In this document: piece after piece, positions 1-6,698 of the stretch
Position numbering within the stretch: position 1 is the first letter of the stretch
Layout of the letters: each line of letters begins with the position of its first letter
NCBI GenBank assembly: GCA_004524535.1
Contig: SDNY01000111.1
Location: 1 to 11,353, forward strand
Source of the DNA: Promethearchaeota archaeon
Lineage (GTDB): Archaea; Asgardarchaeota; Lokiarchaeia; Sigyniarchaeales; SOKP01
Length of the DNA: 11,353 nt
Direction: 5' to 3'
Notes under the pieces: model-generated
Seen by the model: the letters and a program-made list of their open reading frames with translations, nothing else
Database searches by the model: none
Told to the model about the DNA's origin: nothing
Program-made: the position numbers and the translations under genes

Positions 1-851
1 GGTTTTTGAATTTTAATAGGAAGATCCAAATTTTCAATTCCTTCGGCAAGTAATTTTGCATTTTTATGGTCTTCCTCGAGTCTTTTAATCCATTTTGGTT
101 CAAGAGCTACTAAACCAAAAGAAGCGATTATTCCTGCTTGTCGCATACCACCTCCTAATATCTTTCGAAATTTTCTTGCCTTCATAATTAAACTCTTTGA
201 GCCTGCAACAATTGATCCTACAGGACATGAAAGTCCTTTAGACAAACAAAACATCACACTATCAACATGTTTTGTAAATTCAGTTACCGGCATATTAATT
301 CCAATCGCAGCATTAAATATTCTTGCACCATCTAAATGGAACTTTAAGTCATTCTTTTCAGCAAATTGTTTCATGTTCCGTAAATCCTCAGGTCTAATAA
401 TTGCTCCTCCATGATAATTATGAGTATTTTCAGCACATAAAAGAGTGGTAGGTGCTTCATGTGCATCTTCCTTAATATGGATTAATTTTTGAAGTTCATC
501 GAGCAAGGGAACCCCTTTCTTTGATGGATATCTCTTAAATTTTAATCCAGCCACTCGAGTCGCACCATCTAATTCATGTTCATAAATATGACTAAGCTCT
601 TCCAATAGAATTTCTTCTCCAGGATAAGTGTGTGATAATAATGAAACGAGATTACCTTGTGTACCCGAAGTAACATATAACGCTGCTTCCTTACCCATGA
701 TTTTGGCAGCTTTTTCCTCTAACTCATTAATAGTCGGGTCTTCTCCATATACATCATCTCCGATTTTTGAATTATCTAAAGATTTAACCTTTTCCCACAT
801 TTCAGGAGAAGGTTTTGTTATTGTATCTGACCGTAAATCAACTATTTTCAT
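1..851 (-). CDS. ltaE: Low-specificity L-threonine aldolase (PLP-dependent), 3' end beyond window
   Basis: Not in the ORF track. Translated by hand from ATG at 851-849: MKIVDLRSDTITKPSPEM...GDDVYGEDPTINELEEKAAKIMGKEAALYVTSGTQGN...ENTHNYHGG...HLDGARIFNA...FCLSKGLSCPVGS...RKILGGGMRQAG. These are LtaE hallmark motifs, including the PLP-binding Lys in SKGL. The frame stays open to position 1. Confidence 0.95.
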   Translation of the reverse strand, partial: MKIVDLRSDTITKPSPEMWEKVKSLDNSKIGDDVYGEDPTINELEEKAAKIMGKEAALYVTSGTQGNLVSLLSHTYPGEEILLEELSHIYEHELDGATRVAGLKFKRYPSKKGVPLLDELQKLIHIKEDAHEAPTTLLCAENTHNYHGGAIIRPEDLRNMKQFAEKNDLKFHLDGARIFNAAIGINMPVTEFTKHVDSVMFCLSKGLSCPVGSIVAGSKSLIMKARKFRKILGGGMRQAGIIASFGLVALEPKWIKRLEEDHKNAKLLAEGIENLDLPIKIQK

Positions 852-869
852 AAATTTTGTCCCTAATTC

Positions 870-1238
870 TTATGATTTTAAAACAATTGTTATTGCTCTA
901 GTTAGACGGACCACATCCATTACTTTTCCTTTTTCAACAGTAATTTGTTCCCTACTTATAGCATGAGTGAAATCCCCGCGTCCCTGACAAATATTCACAA
1001 TGGAATTATTATCACCTGTCATAACAATCCCAGGATTAGAGGCAGCTCCATTAATTAGTTTTGCCTTTCTCTCTTTAATTTCTACATAAAACGGATCTTC
1101 ATTATCTAGATTAAATTGAAAAGTCATTTCCCAATCGATATCTTTTCCCGCAACATTAGTAATAAAAACTTGCTGTGCTTTCTGAATACTATTCATTTTT
1201 TCAATGATTTTACTTAAATTTTCGCTTGCGATGCCCAT
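870..1238 (-). CDS. Stand-alone SCP2 sterol/lipid-binding domain protein
   Basis: 122 aa with an SCP2-like pattern (TFQFNLDNEDPFYVEIKERKAKLINGAASNPGIVMTGD...GRGDFTHAISREQITVEKGKVMDVVRL). A GAGGGGGGTG RBS-like motif lies just upstream, and the gap to the DUF35 gene is 2 nt. Confidence 0.8.
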   Translation of the reverse strand: MGIASENLSKIIEKMNSIQKAQQVFITNVAGKDIDWEMTFQFNLDNEDPFYVEIKERKAKLINGAASNPGIVMTGDNNSIVNICQGRGDFTHAISREQITVEKGKVMDVVRLTRAITIVLKS

Positions 1239-1240
1239 AA

Positions 1241-1738
1241 TTACACACCCCCCTCATATTCTGGTTTATTAATCCATGTTTCATACTCATCTTCAGGTAC
1301 AAAGAAAAAATCTGTCATTTTTCCTTCTCTTTCTTTCAAAAAGACAGCCTTCACAAAACTGCCCTTCTTAACTTTCGATGGTACTAAGTTTTCCGAGAAA
1401 ATCCCTTGAAGTAATGCAGTGTCGGCCCCATCCAATTTAACATAAGCAACTCCGTAAGGAATAGCTTTTATAAAAGCTGAAGTGGTATACCACACAATGG
1501 TACTCACTTCTATCGTCCCCGTTTGTTTCATTTCAATCCAATCGGCAGGTTCGTAACATTCAGAGCAATTTATCCTAGGAGGCATCCATGTTTTTCCACA
1601 TTTAGTACATTTAGTCCCTAATAGTTTTTTATTATTTTTTAGCTCAATAAAGAACTTCGATTGACTACCCATAGTATATTTGTATTGAATGATGATCTTG
1701 TCTCTTATTTCGTGTGCTTGAAAATTTTCTCCACTCAT
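1241..1738 (-). CDS. DUF35-family Zn-ribbon + OB-fold protein (ChsH2/BbsA-like thiolase partner)
   Basis: Zinc ribbon CTKC-x10-CSEC (GTKCTKCGKTWMPPRINCSEC) followed by an OB-fold segment PYGVAYVKLDGADT. It overlaps the thiolase stop by 4 nt (ATGA) and has a GAGGAGGGG RBS upstream. Confidence 0.92.
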   Translation of the reverse strand: MSGENFQAHEIRDKIIIQYKYTMGSQSKFFIELKNNKKLLGTKCTKCGKTWMPPRINCSECYEPADWIEMKQTGTIEVSTIVWYTTSAFIKAIPYGVAYVKLDGADTALLQGIFSENLVPSKVKKGSFVKAVFLKEREGKMTDFFFVPEDEYETWINKPEYEGGV

Positions 1739-2994
1739 GGCTTTTTCAACCCCTCCTCATTTGCCATTACAATAATTGCGGCATAAGCAGCTCCCGGGCC
1801 TCCAATTGAATGAGATATGGCCCGACCTTTTTCGATTCTTACCTGATGTTTACCAGCTTCCTCTCTAATTTGTAGAGCCGCTTCTCCAGTACTCATGATT
1901 CCAGTTGCTCCCACAGCATGTCCACATCCGATTAATCCTCCCGAGGGACAACATGGCAATTCTCCATCTAACCAAGGACCTTCTCCTGATTTTTCGAATG
2001 AGTTTTCAATCCAAGGACCGCCCTCTCCAAATGGTACAAATCCCAATTCTTCATAGGAAATTACTTCTTGTCCCGAAAAAGCATCATGAAGCTCAGCAAC
2101 ATCAATTTGATTCTTTATATTATTATAATCAAGTCCCGCCATTTTATATGCTACTTTGGCGGCTTCGATATTTGAATAAAGTCGTCCAATGCTCTCTCTA
2201 TTTCCTATAAAACAGTCCGTATTCGCAGCACCGACTCCCGTTATCCATATAGGTTTTTCTATTCCTAGTTCTTTCACTTTTTGTTCACTCGCTAAAATTA
2301 ATGCGGCAGAAGCCTCAGAATAAAGACAGCAATCTAGCATTTTAAATGGATAACAAATAATCCTTGAGTATATAACATCTTCAACTGTTATTTTCATTGG
2401 AGATTGAGCTTTTGGATTAAGCATCGCATTCCCATGATTTTTAACGCTGACAAATGCCATTTGCTCTTCTGTTGGATTACCAAATTCTTCATAATGAGCA
2501 TTCACCATTGATACATAAGAACTTGCTGCCATCATACCCATAGGATATTCATATGTCATATCTGCGGAGTAAGCAATAGCATTTAGTACTTCAGGTGTCG
2601 TTGTTCCCGTCTGTTCATCATAACAATCATTGCATTTCTCTAAACCAATGCATAAACATAAATCTGTAAGTCCTGAAGCTACTTCCGCATAAGCCATTCT
2701 AACTGTATAACCTCCAGTTGCACCACCAGTAGCAATACGGGTTCCCGGTTTATCATTCATGCCTAAATAAGAGTTAGTAAAAATATCAGGCATAAATTGG
2801 CGCTCAAATAACTCATTGTATATTCCATATACAGTTGATTGTAAATCTTTATGTGAGATTTGCGCGCCATTTTTGTTTGAATCATCCAAAGCCAGTTTTG
2901 TTGCATCATAAGCCAGTTCAAAATAGGTTTTGTCAAGATATCTCGCTCTAAAAGGAGTAATACCTACTCCGATTATAGCTACTTTATTTGGCAT
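1735..2994 (-). CDS. Thiolase-family protein (SCP-x/Ltp-type clade) lacking the canonical nucleophilic cysteine
   Basis: 419 aa with N-terminal KVAIIGVGITPF, VKNHGNAMLNPKAQ, DVAELHDAF and SGGLIGCGHAVGATG motifs. The usual ACASG nucleophile loop reads ATGGATGG. Confidence 0.93.
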   Translation of the reverse strand: MPNKVAIIGVGITPFRARYLDKTYFELAYDATKLALDDSNKNGAQISHKDLQSTVYGIYNELFERQFMPDIFTNSYLGMNDKPGTRIATGGATGGYTVRMAYAEVASGLTDLCLCIGLEKCNDCYDEQTGTTTPEVLNAIAYSADMTYEYPMGMMAASSYVSMVNAHYEEFGNPTEEQMAFVSVKNHGNAMLNPKAQSPMKITVEDVIYSRIICYPFKMLDCCLYSEASAALILASEQKVKELGIEKPIWITGVGAANTDCFIGNRESIGRLYSNIEAAKVAYKMAGLDYNNIKNQIDVAELHDAFSGQEVISYEELGFVPFGEGGPWIENSFEKSGEGPWLDGELPCCPSGGLIGCGHAVGATGIMSTGEAALQIREEAGKHQVRIEKGRAISHSIGGPGAAYAAIIVMANEEGLKKP

Positions 2995-3259
2995 TTTATT
3001 TCCTACATTTTTTGATTTTTTCTATTATTTAATTTATAATTAATTCAATTAATTATGATTAAATCTTGATTACACTTAATAATATTTAATCTTTTCAAAA
3101 AAAGGTAAAAATATATCAGAATATTCAAGAAATTTGATTATTATCTTTTTATAAAATATTAGAAATTAAGGATAATAAATTATTATTTTTACTTAAATAA
3201 TAAGAGTTTAATTAGTTCATTAAAAAATAAAGATCATAGAAAAAGAAAAGAATTAGATA
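2995..3259. promoter_or_regulatory. Divergent AT-rich promoter region containing a 21-bp inverted repeat (3036-3056)
   Basis: Intergenic between the divergent thiolase and methyltransferase starts. ATAATTAATT-C-AATTAATTAT is a perfect 10-1-10 dyad. Individual TATA boxes cannot be assigned in such AT-rich DNA. Confidence 0.5.
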
Positions 3260-4354
3260 ATGAAGACCATTCATAGAATTTATTATAAGAATTCAAACAA
3301 TATGAGTGAATTAGAAGAAGATTCCGTTGATTTAATTATAACTTCGCCTCCCTATCCTATGATTGAAATGTGGGATTCTATATTTTCATCATTAAATGAT
3401 AAGATAAAAGAATCTCTTGATGATGGAGCTGGAAAAAAAGCTTTTCTTCTAATGCATGAAGAAATGAACAGGGTTTGGAAAGAATGTGCGAGAGTTCTAA
3501 AGCCTGGCGGGATCGCATGTATTAATATTGGAGATGCAACGAGAAAAATAAATAATACCTTTCAATTATTTCCTAATCATGTGAATATAACGAGTTATTT
3601 TCAGAATAACAATTTTATATCATTACCATGCATTTTATGGAGAAAACCAACAAATAGCCCCAATAAATTTTTAGGGTCAGGAATGCTCCCACCTAATGCT
3701 TATATTACCCTTGAACATGAATATATTTTAATTTTTAGAAAAGGCAATAATAAGAGAAAATTGGAGCCAAAATTAGATAATAGATATAATAGTGCTTATT
3801 TTTGGGAAGAAAGAAATAAATGGTTTTCAGATGTTTGGATGGATATTAGAGGAACTGCTCAAAATATTAAAAATAAAAACAATAATGGTGAGATAAGAGA
3901 ACGCTCAGCAGCATTTCCCTTAGAACTCCCATATAGATTAATTAATATGTTTTCAATTTATGAAGATACTATATTGGATCCATTTTGGGGTACAGGAACT
4001 ACTACTTTTGCGGCAATAATATCTGCAAGAAATTCTGTGGGTTATGAATTAAACTCTCAATTTAAAGAATTATTCGAATCATCATTGAAATCGGCTATAG
4101 AAATAAATAAAATGTATAATGAAAGAAGATTTCAGGAGCATATAAAATTTATAAAACAACATAAGAAAAATGGGAAAGATTTTAAATATAAAATTAATAA
4201 TTACAATTTACCAATTGTAACAAAACAAGAGGAAAACATTAAATTCTATTCGATTAAGGATTATAATAAAAATGATGAAAAATATGTCTTTCGATATGAA
4301 GAATATCAATTTGAACGAAAACCAAAATTTATTCAGTCACGTCTTATACCTTAA
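3260..4354 (+). CDS. Type II DNA methyltransferase, beta class, probably N4-cytosine (M.MjaI/M.MthZI/Zim-like, CTAG)
   Basis: Motif IV DLIITSPPY is N-terminal and motif I ILDPFWGTGTT is C-terminal (beta order). SPPY is typical of m4C enzymes. SPPYPMIEMWD and GSGMLPPNAY resemble archaeal CTAG methylases as I recall them. It lies next to an MjaI-like nuclease. Confidence 0.92.
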   Translation: MKTIHRIYYKNSNNMSELEEDSVDLIITSPPYPMIEMWDSIFSSLNDKIKESLDDGAGKKAFLLMHEEMNRVWKECARVLKPGGIACINIGDATRKINNTFQLFPNHVNITSYFQNNNFISLPCILWRKPTNSPNKFLGSGMLPPNAYITLEHEYILIFRKGNNKRKLEPKLDNRYNSAYFWEERNKWFSDVWMDIRGTAQNIKNKNNNGEIRERSAAFPLELPYRLINMFSIYEDTILDPFWGTGTTTFAAIISARNSVGYELNSQFKELFESSLKSAIEINKMYNERRFQEHIKFIKQHKKNGKDFKYKINNYNLPIVTKQEENIKFYSIKDYNKNDEKYVFRYEEYQFERKPKFIQSRLIP

Positions 4355-4508
4355 ATAAGGAGCTTTTGTTAAAGAAAAATATTCAATAACAAAAAAACAG
4401 TTAAATTTCTTAAATTTAATAAGAATTAAATTAAATCTCTTCTGAATATTATTTAAATAAGAGAAAAAATCAAAAAATCATCAATTTTCATTAAGAGTGA
4501 TTAATAAA

Positions 4509-5144
4509 ATGCCAAAAGAGTGGATATTAAACAGCGTAATGAATCGTTTTCAATTAAATTATAAACGTAATGTCGGCGCTGTTTCGGAACAAATTAGAAA
4601 ATGTTCACCAAAAACTATAGAAGAATGGAAAAATTACTACTTTAAAAACGTAAAATCCAAAAGACATATAGAAGATTTGGGTAGAAAGTTATATATAAAA
4701 ATTACAGAAGTGATTTCAGCTGAAGTTGAAAGTATTACAGAAGAAGACTGTATTGAATATATGTATAACATGGTGATAAATAGAACTTTTGATGGGTATA
4801 TGACTGAAATTAAGACTATTTATGGTCAACTTGAGAAAATACTTGGAGTTAAAATTGAACCCGCACCAGATAAATGGGATAGGTTATTCAATGTAGATTT
4901 CTACATTAAAATAAAAGATAAATATATTGGACTCCAAGTAAAACCAGCGGGTGATGTTAGTCATATCCCTCAAATATTTAAAGAACGGAAAATACAAGCG
5001 AATACACATAAGGAATTTGAGCAAAAGTATGGAGGGAAAGTTTTTTATATAATATCCATCAAAGAAAATAAAAAAAAAGTAATACAGAATAAAGAAGTTA
5101 TTGATGAAATTAGAAAAGAAATGGAAAGATTGAAAAGTAGTTAG
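4509..5144 (+). CDS. MjaI-family type II restriction endonuclease
   Basis: PD-(D/E)xK-like core DRLFNVDFYIKIKDKYIGLQVKP and N-terminal KEWILN...RNVG...EEWKNYY, matching my recollection of RE_MjaI proteins. It is downstream of the MTase. I prefer ATG 4509 over GTG 4497 because GAGTGA (4495-4500) fits an archaeal RBS. Confidence 0.8.
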   Translation: MPKEWILNSVMNRFQLNYKRNVGAVSEQIRKCSPKTIEEWKNYYFKNVKSKRHIEDLGRKLYIKITEVISAEVESITEEDCIEYMYNMVINRTFDGYMTEIKTIYGQLEKILGVKIEPAPDKWDRLFNVDFYIKIKDKYIGLQVKPAGDVSHIPQIFKERKIQANTHKEFEQKYGGKVFYIISIKENKKKVIQNKEVIDEIRKEMERLKSS

Positions 5145-5165
5145 TAAATCTACTATTTTTATTTT
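5142..5165 (+). terminator. Possible terminator after the endonuclease
   Basis: TAGTA-aatc-TACTA short stem followed by TTTTTATTTT directly at the stop codon. Confidence 0.3.
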
Positions 5166-5243
5166 AAAAAAAGTATAATAATCTTAATCTCAAGATATAT
5201 AATAAGATAATTTTTTTATTAGAAGTTCTAGTGGCAAAATTAT

Positions 5244-5778
5244 ATGTCAAAAGACAGAAAAAAATTAGAGCATAGTACGGGAAATAATTTAAATTACAAA
5301 GAGTATTTTAAAATCGGATTGGAATATTTTGAGAAGGAAAAATATGAAGAATCAATACGAAACTACAATCTAGCAATAGAACTAAATTCTAATAGACCAA
5401 ATATTTGGACAAATAAAAGTCTTGCTTTAGCTAAATTAGAAAGATATGAAGATGCCAATATTAGTGCTGATAGAGCAATTAGATTAAACCCAGAAGATTA
5501 TATCGCATGGAATATAAAGGGTTTTTCTTTAAAAAAAAAGGGGTCAGAAACAAAAGGCGATTAAGTGTTTTGATAAATCCATCAAATATAATCCAGATTT
5601 TCTTAATGCTTATCATAATAAAGGAAATACATTATTTGAACTCGAAAAATATGAAGAAGCTTTAGACTGCTTTGTTTCTGCAATGAATCTTGACCCCGAA
5701 AACAAATACTTTCTAATGATGACTGGAAATATATATGATAAACTTATTAGGTATTTACAATTTTGTAGAGAGAATTAG
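5244..5778 (+). pseudogene. Tetratricopeptide-repeat protein (4 TPRs, 177 aa if restored) interrupted by a 1-nt frameshift
   Basis: ORF 5244-5564 has two TPRs and the start of a third. The +1 frame from 5542 continues GQKQKAIKCFDKSIKYNPDFLNAYHNKGNTLFELEKYEEALDCFVSAMNLDPENKYFLMMTGNIYDKLIRYLQFCREN to TAG at 5776-5778. The shift falls in A9G4 (5531-5543). Confidence 0.85.
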
Positions 5779-5800
5779 GAATAATAAGATAAGCACAGAT

Positions 5801-6232
5801 TTATTCTTTAATCTTTAAGAGATAATTTTCTATTTCTCTTTTGAACTCAGAATAAACCGCAGAAATATCGTCCATTAGTGGTTTTAATTTTTCCTCATCA
5901 ATTAAAAAACCATATGCATGCGTGAAGAAATGACGAAAAAAAAGATATTTGCCTATTTTATCAATAGTCTCTTTTTTCATTAAGTTATTTTCAATAACTA
6001 AATTCAACAAATCTTTATGCCACGTAGGTGACTCTGGGATTGATATGTTTTGATGTAAAAGGAGTTGTTTTAAAATATTTTCCATATCTGTATAGATATT
6101 TTGAAGAAATGCTCCAATTCCTACAAGAACTACGAGTTCTTTTGTTGCTTTATTTTTTACTTTTTTTAACTCAACTAAAACTTTTTCAATATTTTCAATC
6201 TCTGCAAGAATCTTATTTTTAACGCTAGCCAT
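5801..6232 (-). CDS. hepT: HEPN/DUF86-type (HepT-like) ribonuclease toxin
   Basis: Contains the R-x4-H-x-Y motif (FRHFFTHAYG) and a PESPTWHKDLL segment. Start placed at ATG 6232 (MASVKNK), giving an 8-nt overlap with the MNT stop. The ORF-track start at 6247 is probably too long. Confidence 0.88.
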   Translation of the reverse strand: MASVKNKILAEIENIEKVLVELKKVKNKATKELVVLVGIGAFLQNIYTDMENILKQLLLHQNISIPESPTWHKDLLNLVIENNLMKKETIDKIGKYLFFRHFFTHAYGFLIDEEKLKPLMDDISAVYSEFKREIENYLLKIKE

Positions 6233-6494
6233 ATAAAACCAATCCATCTTCCTCTATTAATTTATTGAATGAACAATCTATATTTAGGTCAATAATATCA
6301 ACTGGTTTAGATAAATCTCTATATAATTCCCAGCAAAAATCAAAAAATAATTTAGGAGAGATACCCTTTACACCGATATCTATATCTCGTGCATCGGTTC
6401 TCTCTTTGGAGGAACCGAAGAGAATAACTTTTTCTATTTTATATTTTTTCGCATATTTTAATATTGTATTCTTATCTTTTTCGGATATCATCAT
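6225..6494 (-). CDS. mntA: Minimal nucleotidyltransferase (MntA-like) antitoxin
   Basis: 89 aa with VILFGS-x8-DIDIGV and C-terminal KPVDIIDL...LIEEDGLVLY. It is directly upstream of and overlaps the HEPN gene. Confidence 0.9.
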   Translation of the reverse strand: MMISEKDKNTILKYAKKYKIEKVILFGSSKERTDARDIDIGVKGISPKLFFDFCWELYRDLSKPVDIIDLNIDCSFNKLIEEDGLVLYG

Positions 6495-6645
6495 ATATCA
6501 TATCTTTTTTAATATATATTTAGCTTTCGGTGTGCATTGAAAATTAGATTATCTTTTCCAAATCTTATTCGATTGAGACTTTTTATCATATTATTTTTAA
6601 ACGATAATGTTATTATTATAGTTTTTTAATTTCAAAACCTTAATT

Positions 6646-6659
6646 ATTACTATAGTAAT
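6646..6659. promoter_or_regulatory. Perfect 14-bp palindrome, candidate operator
   Basis: ATTACTATAGTAAT, about 40 nt upstream of the NMO start, in the divergent mntA/NMO spacer. Confidence 0.35.
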
Positions 6660-6698
6660 TTCAAAAAATCAATAATTTTGATATTTTGGTAGAGAATA

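Noticed and set aside
628-966. 112-aa plus-strand ORF
   Set aside because: Antisense shadow of ltaE and the SCP2 gene, with no recognisable motif.
1905-2210. 101-aa plus-strand ORF
   Set aside because: Lies wholly antisense within the thiolase.
1241-2994. Mevalonate-pathway acetoacetyl-CoA thiolase/DUF35 assignment
   Set aside because: No adjacent HMG-CoA synthase, and the nucleophilic Cys is missing.
5070-5078. A9 run in the endonuclease as a phase-variation site
   Set aside because: In frame (Lys-Lys-Lys) and near the C-terminus. Similar runs occur in alba and the membrane-protein gene.
6028-6222. 64-aa plus-strand ORF
   Set aside because: Antisense to hepT, and its hydrophobicity reflects the A-rich sense strand.
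6265-6540. 91-aa plus-strand ORF
   Set aside because: Antisense to mntA, with no motif.
3140-6557. ATTATCTTTT at 3140-3149 and 6548-6557 as possible att sites or target duplication of the defence islet
   Set aside because: A 10-bp, nearly all-A/T match is expected by chance in these spacers, and no recombinase or tRNA is nearby.
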